NCBI GenBank assembly: GCA_950097015.1 | Contig: CATNEN010000039.1 | Coordinates: forward strand, 20,522,001-20,586,000 | Length of the DNA: 64,000 nucleotides | Direction: 5' to 3' | From: Macrostomum hystrix | Lineage: Eukaryota > Animalia > Platyhelminthes | Part shown: piece by piece, positions 37,977-51,500 of the stretch | Layout: each line of letters begins with the position of its first letter | Position numbering within the stretch: the first letter of the stretch is position 1 | Made by a program: the position numbers and the translations under genes | Notes under the pieces: generated by a model | Seen by the model: only the letters and a program-made list of their open reading frames with translations | Told to the model about the DNA's origin: nothing | Database searches by the model: none

Positions 37977-40900
37977 CTAATCCTCAGTTGTTTCGACGCC
38001 GCCAACTGCTAGACTACTATTATCGTCGCCGGCCGCAGATCCACCGTCGCTATCGCTGACCTCCGCGACGCCTTCGTCTGTTATTATACCGGAAGCTTCG
38101 ACATCGTTGTCGCACAGGTTAATCTCCTCGTCAATGTCCTTCTCTAATTCTTCGGACGCGGCTGTGTTACCCGAAGCCGCCGCGGCTGCAGCCGCCGAAG
38201 CTCCATCGTCGTCGTTGTCACTGTTGACCTCTGGCGCCGGCCCGGCGACCGCCTCCGAGGCGAATGTTGCCGCGTCCAACGATTCGCCAAGGCCGTCAAC
38301 TCCGCCTACAAGGTCGCTGTCGGCTTCGACATCGGCGTCAATGCCGCCGTTGGTTGGCGCCGGAGCTGAACTCGACGCTTCGAGGCGATCGCGAAGTTCG
38401 TTGACTATACGGCGCTGCTGGGCCGCCTCGGCTTCAAGGCGAGACGCGTGCCAGGTCAGGTCGCGACACTTCTGGTAGAAATTCGGAGCCCGGACCTGCG
38501 AGACACAAGGCATTTGCTTGTGAACTCAATTTATTCACAATCGATCCTCAATCTATTCACAATGGATCCTCTATCTATTCACAATGGATCCTCAATCTAT
38601 TCACAATAGATCCTCAATCTATTCACAATGGATCCTCTATCTATTCACAATGGATCCTCAATCTATTCACAATAGATCCTCAATCTATTCACCATGGAAC
38701 ATCAATCTATTCACCATGGAACATCAATCTATTCACCATGGAACATCAATATATTCACAATGAATCCTTAATCTATTATCAATGGAAACTCAATCCATCA
38801 CCAAAGGAAACTGAATTTATCCACAAGATTAATCCAAATTGGAATGTGGAACTAATGACTTAAGAAAAAACCTGAATCTACCAGCAAAAAATGAATAACT
38901 TTCAGCACTAACCTGAAATCGCAGCAGCAGGCAGTCATTGTCCAAGTAGCCTTCGCTATTAAGCAAATCTAGCCTAAAAAAGCGATTGTAGCCCCAGCAT
39001 TCTCCAATATCAAAGTCCGAAGCGAACTCTCGCACAATATTCCTAGTTGAATCTCTAGCAGCGTGGTGCACCATCTCTACGCGGTATTCGTATTTGCTAG
39101 TCTCGCTAAGGCCCGCCGTGAGTTCAAGGAATACAGACAGGTAGTTGCCGCGCACAACGCCGTTACCGTCCGGATAGACTTTGAGTCGCCAGCTCAGGCC
39201 GTGGACTAGCAGTGGCTCACTATAGACAGGATCTGCTCTCTGCTGCAGCTGGCTGAATTGTTCCAGACGGAATTCGTTGCCATCGTAGGGCGGCACAATC
39301 TCCGACTGGAATTCCGCTGGCACTGGCGCAGTCACCAGACTGCTGGACGGCTGGCTGTGCGGGTGGAAAGCATGCGGGGCGATGATTCTTGGATAGTTGG
39401 ATATTTGGACATCTGCCCTGACTTTCTCATCGTCAGGCAGTGTACACACTCACTGTGCCTTGGAGGTTGGTCCTCGAAGGCGTAAATTGCACGACAATCC
39501 CCCAAGCCTTCTCTCCGCGGCTGCGCCTCAAATTAATGTGGCCTCGCCGCGGAATCGAACTTCGGGATCTTGGTGCGAGAGGCAAATGCGTTAACCCCCG
39601 ACCCTCTTTGTTACCAGCTTACCAGCTTTGTTACCAGCTTACTAGCTTTGTTACCAGCTTTGCTACCAGCTTTGTTACCAGCTTTGTTACCAGCTTTGTT
39701 ACCAGCTTTGTTACCAGCTTTGTGGTCAGCTTACCAGCTTTGTTACCAGCTTTGTTACCAGCTTTGTTACCAGCTTTGTTACCAGCTTTGTTACCAGCTT
39801 TGTTACCAGCTTTGTTACCAGCTTTGTTACCAGCTTTGTGGTCAGCTTACCAGCTTTGTTACCAGCTTATATGCTTTTGGAGAATCCGCGTGTTTAGAGG
39901 GGATAGTTTGCTAGATTTGGGAAATTCCTCAACTTAGCAGGGATAATTTGCGAACTGAAGGACGCTTTGTTAGCAAACTGGGGGATGATTTACTAGCCTA
40001 CTTGGGGATTTCGACGACTTAGAGGGGAAAATTTTTTAAAGTAAGAAAGTTTGCTACAATTAATAAATAATCTTCCAGTTTTAATGGACACAGCAACTTA
40101 TAGAGGATAACTTGCTAACTAGGTAGTTGAAAAATTAAGTTAAAAAATGTTCCTCGCTCTTAGACAGCAGCAGCACTCACCGTCTAAAGTCGGCAATCAT
40201 GGCGAGAATGTCGGCCGACCGGTCAATCAGCTGACTGCGCGACAGAACTCGCACCTCATATTCGACACTATTTAGCAGCGACTCAAGCAATTCAGTCTCC
40301 TGAGCCAAGTGACCCCTTTGAGTCATCAGAGTGACAAGTTTGGATTTGAGCTGGCTCTCTAGCCTGGTAACAATGAGCTCCACAGCGTTGCGAATCTCGC
40401 GAACTCGCTCATCTTTGGCCTGCTTCACCGAGTCCATGTTTTTTTCCTGCGTAGGCGTATTAAAATATCGGAAATTTTTCTTGCATACTACTTGCACGCA
40501 TTTTAACAGTAGTATAGTAACAAAGATATTCTGTGTCTGCGAGGCCGCACTAATTTGGGGCGCGAGGCACATCAAACTGAACTACTGAGTTCATATTATT
40601 TTCCTGCGTAGGTGGACAAAAATAAAAAATGTTTCTTGAATACTACTTGCACGCATTTTAACAGTAGTATAGTAACAAAGATATTCTGTGTCTGCGAGGC
40701 CGCACTAATTTGGGGCGCGAGGCACATCAAACTGAACTACTGAGTTCATATTATTTTCCTGCGTAGGTGGACAAAAATAAAAATTGTTTCTTGAATACTA
40801 CTTTCACGCATTATAACAGTAGTATTGCTACGATTTTTTTGGCTACAAGGCTTGCATTAATATAGGACGAGTCAAAATATATCAATTTGCTTCACCGAGT

Positions 40901-43144
40901 TTTTTATTTCCTGCGTAGGCGAATTAAAATGCCGGAAAATATTGCTCGCATACTACTTGCATATACTTTTCAGTAGTGTAGGTTACAAAAGACTTTATTT
41001 GGCATTATCATAGGGCGCAGGCGCAGAGATAGCAAGAAGGCTTCGGGGGGATTTTAAACAGTTATTTAGCTATTTAGTTAGCACTTACCACTTCCTGAAT
41101 GAAAGAAATCAATTCCGAATTGCGCCGTTTCAATTGATCCACTTTCTCCTGGATGCGCAGTACGTGCTGCTCGTAGACTCGCTCCAATGGCTGGAATGCG
41201 TGCTCGGCGTGCTGGGCGTCGAATAGGGCGCAGCGGTGACAGACGGCCACCTGGCAGGTCTGGCAGTACACAGTCAGGCGCTCTTTGTGACTCTCGCATC
41301 GGTCGCTGCTGCGCGCGTCGCATGGCGAGCTCAACGGCTGCGAGGCCTGCGACTGCCGGGGCCCAGACTGCGAGCTCAGCTGCTGCTGCTGCTGCTGGCT
41401 TTGAAGCTGGTCTAATTGACTAGTTACCTCGTCTGCCCAACGACAAATGATCAAATCTTGAACGTGCAAAGGTGACCTGCATGAACAAATTATATTCAGT
41501 TACTTTGCAAACGATTCATTATTAGGGAAATTCCAGTGTGGGAAGATTCCAGTTTAGGAAGATTCCAGTGTGGGAAGATTCCAGTTTAGGAAGATTCCAG
41601 TGTGGGAAGATTCCAGTTTAGGAAGATTCCAGTTTGGGAAGATTCCAGTTAAGGAAGATTACAGTGTGGGAAGATTCCAGTTTAGGAAGATTCCAGTTTA
41701 GGAAGATTCCAGTTTAGGAAGATTCCAGTTTGGGAAGATTCCAGTGTGGGAAGATTCCAGTTTAGGAAGATTCCAGTGTGGGAAGATTCCAGTTTAGGAA
41801 GATTCCAGTTTGGGAAGATTCCAGTGTGGGAAGATTCCAGTTTAGGAAGATTCCAGTTTAGGAAGATTCAGTTTGGGAAGATTCCAGTTTAGGAATATTC
41901 CAATTTGGGAAGATTCCAGTTAGGAAGATTCCAGTTTAGGAATTCCAGATTCCATTTTCAGGAGATTGGCTATGTTCTGAGACGGGTAAAAAGATTTGGA
42001 TTTTGGCAAGCTTATTAATTTCAAATTCAAATCTAAACTCCAAGACTTTGGAAGAATTTGACTTGAAAATATTACAGCCTGGGGAGATTTTACTTGTAAG
42101 GATTTCTACTTCTATAGTGTTGCTTGCTAATTTTTATAGGATTCAGTTTTTTTAAATTAGGTCAAAATATTTCAAGCTTTAAAAAATAGCATTAAACATA
42201 CCGACAATGTGGGCACTGTGGTCGCTCTGTAAGCCAACGCTAGAAAAGATTTGTGAAAATTGCAATAAATATTAATGATATAAAATAATTAAATCTTTGA
42301 GAGAAGATTTAAATACAAAAATATTTCCCAACTTACTCTAATGCAAACAGAGCAACAAAGTTTTGAGCACTGGGGACATAGCCTAGCATCTCTAAGTCGC
42401 TCCATGCAGATAAAGCAGCGGAACACTTCTGCCAGACTCTAAAAGTAGTTAATAAAAGCATTAATAAAAATTGTTCATCCCCAGTGTACATTGGCTTTCA
42501 TGTGGTTGATAATTTTGGTTCAGAAAAATGAATATATAAATATATGTATAGTTTAAAAAAACTTGTCTAAGATGAGAATCATGATAATCAGACATGTGCT
42601 TGCTGCTATTTTATAATTCCTTATAGTTAATGTTTCATACCAGCCCACCAGTAATTAGATTTTTACTTAGCTATAGTTATTGCTTGCTTTTTAGTCAGAC
42701 CATAGGCCTAACAATGAATTACTTAGGAGCCTATAAGATTAAATATATAAACAAAAAATTATTGCACACAATCTGTGAGCTAGTGGCTAGCCAAATTTTC
42801 AACAATACAATTTTTGGTAATGCTTGATGATTTTAGTTTGGTATTTTTTAAAATATAGCTTTTATCTATATCTATATAAGTATATGATAATTTATACACA
42901 TTAGGCCTATGGCTGATATAGGACAGTACAACACATAATTTTTATTGTAGTTGTTCTTATGTACATATCACACTTAACTTACAATGAAAATCCCTGCAAT
43001 CAAGTTTATATTTTTCTAACAACTAAATGCTACACTAAAAGATAGCTAGCCGGATATTTAAAGCAAATGTGAAGAACAACTTACCTCAAGTCCATCCTCG
43101 GCTGATCTAGCAGTTGACCTGATTGAATCTAAAGATTTTGCCAT
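37977..43144 (-). CDS. TRIM37: E3 ubiquitin ligase TRIM37 (RING, B-box, coiled coil, MATH), 7 exons, ~604 aa
   Basis: Exons (minus strand) 43144-43085, 42438-42337, 42239-42202, 41476-41089, 40446-40181, 39354-38913, 38495-37977, in phase. [44 protein letters not shown]-box [19 protein letters not shown] domain [24 protein letters not shown]…[14 protein letters not shown]. Confidence 0.96.
38530..38830. repeat. Tandem minisatellite, 22-bp unit ATCTATTCACAATGGATCCTCA in TRIM37 intron 6
   Basis: Visible period 22, ~12 copies decaying to the right. Confidence 0.92.
39400..39605 (-). mobile_element. tRNA-derived SINE, family 1, copy B (TRIM37 intron 5)
   Basis: Reverse complement contains a tRNA-like head with B-box AAGTTCGATTCC and a body matching 16697-16860. 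Confidence 0.75.
39606..39870. repeat. Tandem 12-bp repeat TTGTTACCAGCT
   Basis: Visible period 12, abutting the 5' end of SINE copy B. Confidence 0.95.
40420..41000. repeat. ~155-bp tandem duplication (4 copies) of the TRIM37 intron 4/exon 5 boundary
   Basis: CCTGCGTAGG at 40446, 40603, 40758, 40910 with homologous flanks. Confidence 0.85.
41525..41945. repeat. Tandem minisatellite, 16-bp unit GGAAGATTCCAGTTTA in TRIM37 intron 3
   Basis: Visible period 16, ~26 copies. Confidence 0.95.
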
Positions 43145-43539
43145 TAATATGGCTTGTTGGATAAAATGTTAAATGCAGCAAAAAGTTTTTAAAGGTCAGT
43201 ATCCCAGTTAAGTTTGATAGCTGGTGTGTTGTGTTTTTTATTTTAAACTTAAAGAATGCTAAGTTTTAGATCAGAAGCACAGATGCAATAATATAATTTA
43301 TAATTAAATTGCTGTGAATTAGATAGCCGTAAAGGATTCCCTACTCAGAAATTTGTGTTACTAGTAGTCCTATATGCTAAAAGTATATAAAAGTAGTCCT
43401 ATATCCTAGCCGTAGCTTATTTTATTTATTGATTCTAGCAAATAAGACAAGCTTCTTTTTTAAGTTTCAATTATAAAACAGTAATAGGAGAGGGCCTGTA
43501 TATCAAAATAGCTGTGTAACTAACACAAGAGTTGAAATT

Positions 43540-44700
43540 TTCGGGTAAATTGTGTCGCTTAAAAATTTATATACGATAATTAACGATACATCACAGCACA
43601 AGCATGTGTAGATATGATATGTCTAGGAAAAATCTACAGTACTAAGCATTTAAAAATTAATTTTCCTAAGTAAAACACATTTACTTTATTAAATCTAAAG
43701 AAACTAAATCATCTATATCTTACAGACATATTTTAACTTTTTAATATATGTTTTATAGCATAATTTACATAATAAGCACATAAATACTTAGCAAAGTAAA
43801 CTGAAATTTTTATTATCGTGCACCCTGCCACCCCAAAGGCAACTTATTGACGATCGAGCTTTATCGACGTTAAAATGAGCCAATGAGTAGCTTCGAAATT
43901 AAGTAAAAAGGGAGAGGAGAGGAAAACACACAAAGTTAAACAAAAGCAAGAAAATTGGTTTTCGGAAATTTAATTTAATACTAATCGGTATTATTCAACT
44001 AAGTCTGCTTCATATATTTAGTGAGGCTTTGCACGATTCGTTTGCATAATGCTTATATGTATCAATCGCCGACGTCCGTGCTTAATTCTGTGTTTTCAAA
44101 AGCTTTTTTAAATTATTATACTTATTATAGCTAGTCCGCTTTTTGAAAAAGAAACTGCTATGAAAAGGAGGCAGTTTGTATTTCACGTCACGTGTTCTGC
44201 TCTTGCTTTGTAACAGCAGCTTTAGTTTACTAAATAAATAGATATCAGACTTAAAAATTTATTTCCTAACGGTGTTAAGACGATACAGACGTGTTAAACA
44301 AAAAGTACTATAGCGATTAGGTCTTGCTATTTTTTAATTAAACAAACATTATAGTTTTAAATCAAAACTGTTATAATTTTTTCAATGACTTTAGCATGTC
44401 AGAACAGTCTTTTTAAAATACTTGTATTAAAATTTGATATTAGAGGAAGTTAAAATGTTTAATTTCCGTCAAGAATTACAAAAACTTAATATAATAAGGT
44501 CACAATTATCTTTTCCGATTTTGCTGTTGTTTGATGAAACGTGATTATTTAATGAAGAAATTATTTTAAACCTCATTTTTAGAAAGGAATTTTTAGAAAG
44601 GAATCAGTTTTCTCTTTTTGTTAAATGTTACGAAATAAAAAAAGAAGCGAAGAAATAATCGTCCCTGATAAAATCAGTAACAGTCCATTATTTTCTAGAG
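43540..44700. promoter_or_regulatory. Putative bidirectional promoter region for TRIM37 (-) and contactin (+)
   Basis: Lies between divergently transcribed genes; CpG-containing island flanked by CpG-poor DNA; CCAAT box GAGCCAATGAG at about 43877. Confidence 0.45.
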
Positions 44701-45525
44701 ACTAGACTAAATGATTTCTAGCTGTAGAATTTGTATATAAGTTTATAGTCATCAGTGATAATGCATTATTTTATATGTAGCTAAATTTTGAAAGTCTGTA
44801 CTTAAGAGTTAAGTGATTTTTTTTATCCAGCTGATTTTGACAAGAATGACTTTACTTTTGCTATTTTTCTGGAGCCAAGCTAATTGATTTAATTTTTTTT
44901 GAATATTATCTACATAAATTTATGATCATATAATAGATAGCATGATTTTTTGTAGTCAAAATGTTTGTGTGTAATACAATTAAGATTATGTATATCTCTA
45001 ATTACATTATAGTCTGTACTCTATATTGTATTCCTTTATAGCTGTTTTGGTTATTACTATTTAATTTAGTGATGTCCACATTGACAATTTATGACAATAA
45101 CTTCAGCATAATATATAACAAATGATTAGAAAGTTGATATCTAAGAAAAATCATGATGAAATGTACCTAGAATTACCTAGTTATTTCAATTGTGTCTAGT
45201 ACAATTTTATATTTATTCAAAATATGAAAGATATGAATATAAATTGAAAGACATAGGGTAAATATAATTTTATGAGAATAGTCAATAGTCACTTAAGTTT
45301 ATGTTTAAGAAACACAGTACTATAATATATAATCATTTTGTATTTAAGGTGCATGTATCAACACTAAAGAAACACCAGATCAACATTAATTTTGACTAAA
45401 AAGTATTAATCACTGCATGCACTGATTTATTTGTTTGTTATAAAAATGACCTTTACTGTTTTCTTGTAATTTTTACAATATATTGAGTAATGTTTTTCTA
45501 TATAATATATTGATTGCATTTTCAG

Positions 45526-48500
45526 ATGTGGCCTTTACTTATATTGCTAGCATCATTTTTGTCTGAACCACTAGGCATAAGTGGTCAAAATTACTATTAC
45601 TGTGGTCCACCTGTCATCAACAAAACCTTGGATAGTGAGTAAAAAACATTTCAATGTAACAAGCACAGTATGCCAAATAATACATCATTTTCCTCCCATT
45701 GCATTTTAAACTAGGCTGCCCTAATGGCTGGGTGAAGTATGAGTCCAACTGCTATTTCATCAACCAGTATCCCTACATGACTTATGCCAATGCTGAGAAG
45801 GATTGCAAAGAGCGCTTTGGTCTACTGCTGCGCATCGATTCCAAGATACAATTCAATGGGATTGCCCAAATTCTGGACGAGAGATCTTACGACACTTCGG
45901 AGCCCTACTATACATCTGGTCAACAGGATGGCGCTGTGCGCTTTAAATATGTCTGGAACGGCCATCCAGCCGATTTAGCAGCCTGGCGAACCGAACTCTA
46001 CGACTACTGGATTGACGAGATTCCAAGAGAGGGCGACGGCAAACCGCCAGAGTCATGGGGCGATCGAACTTTTGCCCTGCTGGGGAACAATGGCGCCAAG
46101 TGAGTTAAAAATGGCATAATAAAATACTTAGTCTTATAGTCTTAACTGATAATCAATTGCTGGAAATTGACAAGGAAGATTGCATTGTTCAGTCCATAGA
46201 CTGGGGGCGCCACACCAACCCTAGATTAACCATTTAACAGCTGAGTGAACTGAAGCAATGCAGATTCAAGTGTTTTGCTAATGGGCGAAAATCGTTCGAG
46301 TAGAACCAAAAATCGAACCCCGGACCTTTTAGTTGCGAGTCAGACGCTCTAACCACTTGGCTAAATATATTAACTGACCTCCTACGCATTCAGGTGGGGC
46401 TTCTTCTTGCGAAATGGCACAGCGCTGAGGCCGTTCATCTGTCAGGCGAATGCAGCCGCCCTGTCTGCAGCCATCGGCAGTCAGCGCGGCTTCGACTATG
46501 GCATTGTTGGCATCAACAATATTTTGCGAAGTCCGTGCATCCAATCCGAGCCAGAGAACAGTGTGTACTTTGAGAATACCAGAGCGGGCAGTTCGGCTAC
46601 CCCATCAACAGCCGTGTTCCAGTGCCAAGCCTACGGAAATCCGCAGCCTAAGTACACCTGGTACAGATTTAGCACCAATATGCAAAAGATAAAGATTGAT
46701 CCGCTGACACAGCCACAGTACAGTATCACTAATGGCAAGCTTACCATCAACCAGGTGGAATCGTCTCGCGACTCGGGTAATTTTTTAATTGTTGCGTTTA
46801 TGCATATAGTCTAGATAAAGCCTTAAAATATGCTAGGTGAGATGCTACTGGCTAGGTGAGATGCTACTGGCTAGGTGAGATGCTACTGGCTAGGTGAGAT
46901 CCTACTGGCTAGGTGAGATGCTACTGGCTAGGTGAGATGCTACTGGCTAGGTGAGATCCTACTGGCTAGGTGAGATGCTACTGGCTAGGTGAGATGCTAC
47001 TGGCTAGGTGAGATGCTACTGGCTAGGTGAGATCCTACTGTCTGGGTGAGATGCTACTGGCTAGGTGAGATGCTACTGGCTAGGTGAGATGCTACTGGCT
47101 AGGTGAGATGCTACTGGCTAGGTGAGATCCTACTGTCTAGGTGAGATGCTACTGGCTAGGTGAGATGCTACTGGCTAGGTGAGATCCTACTGTCTAGGTG
47201 AGATGCTACTGGCTAGGTGAGATCCTACTGGCTAGGAGAGATGCTACTGGCTAGGTGAGATCCTACTGGCTAGGTGAGATCCTACTGGCTAGGAGAGATG
47301 CTAAGCTCATGCAAAACTTCGCACTTGTACCCCCGCCAGGTAATTACGCGTGTGAGGCCACAAACGACATTGGTTCCGTGATGAGTCGGCACGCCGCTCT
47401 AAAGTTTGGCATCCTGCCAATATTTCCCAAATCATCGCAGGAAACCATAGAGAGAAACGCCTTCCAATTCGCCAATATCGAGTGCAAACTATCGGATAAC
47501 AGCAATCCCAGGGATCTGTTCCTATTCATGTTCTATTTTAGCGCAATAGCTCCGCCTGCCGGTGATATTCGCGAGGTGCGGCCGGACTTTCGATCAAACC
47601 TGTTCGTCTCGCAGTCCACGGGTAGGCTGTACTTTAGTGAAGTCACCTCCAACGATCAGGGCTATTATTACTGCCAAGTGGCCGTGTCTGTTGGCGTCAG
47701 CAGTCAGGAGAAGGGTCCGAACATCTACCTGAAAGTAAACACTGGCGGCGGTGATGAGATCAGTGTCATGGTTGCTGACGGCTTCCCGGCCCATGTTCCA
47801 AAGAGTCCGCTTCGCGGCGAAACAGTCCGCCTAGAGTGCGTCGGCTACGGCCCCATAACTCGCTACAGTCAGCCGCTTATTTATAGGTGAGCGCCGATTG
47901 TTTTAATTGAATTAGCGCCGTATGTAGTGCCGTCTGGTTTCAATGATTAGAAAAGGAAGATACTTATAAAGAGAAAGGAGAATTACTGGCATCATAAGAG
48001 AGGAGATAATATGATCAAAAAAAAGGGGTGATGTTATCATAAGATAATAGTAGCTAATATGATAAGAAAGGGGAGATACAATGACCAGAAAAGGCGTATA
48101 AAGTGAATAGAAAAAATGGGTATATAATGACCAGAAATAAGGCGTATACAATGACCAGAAATAAGGCGTATACATTGATCATAAATAAGGCGTATACATT
48201 GATCATAAATAAGGCGTATACATTGATCATAAATAAGGCTTATACATTGACCAGAAAAAAGGCGCATATAATGACCAGAAATAAGGCGCATATAATGACC
48301 AGAAATAAGGCGCATATAATGACCAGAAATAAGGCGCATATAATGACCAGATATAAGGCGCATATAATGACCAGAAATAAGGCGCATATAATGACCAGAA
48401 ATAAGGCGCATATAATGACCAGAAATAAGGCGCATATAATGACCAGATATAAGGCGCATATAATGACCAGAAATAAGGCGCATATAATGACCAGATATAA

Positions 48501-51500
48501 GGCGCATATAATGACCAGATATAAGGCGCATATAATGACCAGAAATAAGGCGCATATAATGACCAGAAATAAGGCGCATATAATGACCAGAAAAAGGCGT
48601 ATACATTGATCAGAAATAATGCGCATATAATGACCAGAAATAAGGCGCATATAATGACCAGAAATAAGGCGCATATAATGACCAGATATAAGGCGCATAT
48701 AATGACCAGAAATAAGGCGCATATAATGACCAGATATAAGGCGCATATAATGACCAGATATAAGGCGCATATAATGACCAGAAATAAGGCGCATATAATG
48801 ACCAGAAATAAGGCGCATATAATGACCAGAAAAAGGCGTATACATTGATCAGAAATAATGCGCATATAATGACCAGAAATAAGGCGCATATAATGACCAG
48901 AAATAAGGCGCATATAATGACCAGAAATAAGGCGCATATAATGACCAGAAAAAGGCGTATACATTGATCAGAAATAATGCGCATATAATGACCAGAAATA
49001 AGGCGCATATAATGACCAGAAATAAGGCGCATATAATGACCAGAAATAAGGCGCATATAATGACCAGAAAAAGGCGTATACATTGATCAGAAATAATGCG
49101 CATATAATGACCAGAAATAAGGCGCATATAATGACCAGAAATAAGGCGCATATAATGACCAGAAATAAGGCGCATATAATGACCAGAAAAAAGGCGTATA
49201 CATTGATCAGAAATAATGCGCATATAATGACCAGAAATAAGGCGTATACAATGACCAGAAAAAAGGCGCATATAATGACCAGAAATAAGGCGTATACATT
49301 GATCAGAAATAAGGCGCATATAATGACTAGAAATAAGGCGCATATAATGACCAGAAATAAGGCGCATATAATGACCAGAAATAAGGCGCATATAATGACC
49401 AGAAATACGGCGTATGCAATGGAGATACAGTCATAATTCAGTAACGAAGTAACGATCCAGCTAGAAGTAACGATTCAGCATCCGCACACCAGGTGGCGCC
49501 GTGTTGGCCGCGAGATACCCAGAAAGAGTTTCTGGGGCGATGTCTTCAAGCGAGTGCTGGTGATTCCAGACGCCCAAACGGAGGATAGCGGCGCCTACGA
49601 GTGTGAAATCGAGGACGGCAATAGGCGAACCAGCGGCTACAAGAGGCTACAATTGAGCATCAACTCCGGGCCGTATTTTGTTCGCCGACCATACGATCTA
49701 ATCGTTGACGAAGGCACCACTCAACGATTCGACTGCAAAGCTGGCGGCACGCCGCCACTTAGCTACGCGTGGTTTCGCGGTGACAGCCTTAAAACTGAAT
49801 TATTAGAGAACATACCCAGCCTAGATAAGAGCCGCTTCGAATGGGACGTTGCTGGTAATCAGCCCTACTTAAAGATTACCAACGTCCAGCCTGGCGACTC
49901 CGCCTCCTACGGTTGTCGCGTTACTAACAGCTACGACACAATCTACGGCTTTGCTGAACTCCGCGTGCTTAACTTTGCTCCAACATTCTATAAGAATCCG
50001 TCTAGCATGGAGTCTGGCCTAGTTGGCAAAGTTGTCTACCTGCCTTGCGACGTCGAGGGTGCGCCGGAACCAACGAGAACTTGGCGATTCAAGGGAGCGG
50101 ATATTGCCGTTGTTAGGGTTATTGAACAGGTGAGCTTGTGAGGGCAGTACTTGGCACTTATTAGATGACGAGGTAAAGTTACTCCCGCCGTTTACCTGAT
50201 ATTTTTATTTTCATTATTTTCAGCCTGATCGACAGTGCCCGCCATCAGCCAAGTATTGCCTGTTGCCCAGCGGTAAGCTGCAGATTCAACAACTGGTGGC
50301 AGCTGACTCTGGTGATTATTCCTGCGTTGCCACCAATAGTGGCGGCACGGCTAATAATTCCGTCTCGCTGACTGTCGCTGAGCCGTTGGCCTTTGATTTT
50401 GCACCGGAGAATCGTTTAGTGCTAGTTGGCAGCACCGTTGACCTGCCCTGCCAGCTGAAGGCCACTGCAGCCAATCTGGATACCAACTATATGTGGAAAT
50501 TTGAGGGCATGGAGATTCTATTTGGCCGCTACGACTTCGACGCCAGGCGCTACGAAGAGACGCAGTTCTATAGGCCCTACAAAAAAGATTTTGGCACCCT
50601 GCGCATCTCCAATATTCAATACGACTACGAGGGTGAGAATCTAATCAAATTTATGACCTGTAACGATTTCTTATGCAACAAATTGAGTCCTCGCAGTAAG
50701 AGCCCGTTCATACGGCAGTGAGCCAATTCAGGCCGAGAGTCAAAATATATTTAAGTTTAACAGAGCGATAAGGAAGGGGGTTGGTTAGAAGGGTAACATC
50801 AAGGACTTCTATAAATAGCATCTATTCAGGGGTCCTTGGGTAACATGTGCGCGGACTGGCCAGAGGTAAGAGATGAAACGCAGGGGAAGGAAAGAGAGAC
50901 GAGGTGAGAGCCAATCAGAGCCGAGAGAGAAGATAAGGCTAATAAATAAATTGAACAGGCAGGGGGAGAGAGGAGAGAGTACATTAAGAGGGCGCGCGAA
51001 ATGAGAAACCAGGGAGAAGTTAATACATGACCTACAAGCGGGCAGTTGTAGCATTGTGACTTGAAGGTCGTGGGTTCGATTCCAGACTCAACTAAACCAA
51101 TTTTGTGAGCTTTAGCATTGATTAATTTAGTTCACGCAGCTGTTGAATGGCTAGTAGTATTAGCTGGGGGTAATCGAGGGTGGCGTCAGTGACCCCCAGT
51201 CCATGGGTTGAACAGCCGTACGCAGCCTTCAGATGCGCCTGGCAATAATAATTATTTAGGCAATGGCACACCATTTGGTGACCTAGACCGGCAGCCAGCG
51301 AGGAGGCCATTCTGCCCATTTCGCTGACTCCCGAGCACATACACGCACAGATACCGCACGCGCGCACAGATACCGTACGCAGGCACTCGCTCACACAGGT
51401 GTGTCCATCTGCCCTGGCTTTCTCATCGTCTGGCAGTGTACACTCTACTGTGCTTTGGAGGTTGACCCTCAATGGCGTTAATTGCACGACAAAGCCCCCA

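Noticed and set aside
46290-46365. Possible tRNA gene on the minus strand
   Set aside because: The acceptor and T stems are not intact and the sequence continues into a body shared with another locus; it is a SINE head.
46770-47350. Direct repeat GGTAATT at both ends of contactin intron 3 (introner-like signature); also CAGGTT at MKK4 intron 2
   Set aside because: Overlaps the splice consensus (AG|GT proto-splice site), most other introns lack it, and the introns share no sequence family.
48037-49436. Multiple ORFs on both strands
   Set aside because: Translations of the 24-bp minisatellite in contactin intron 4.
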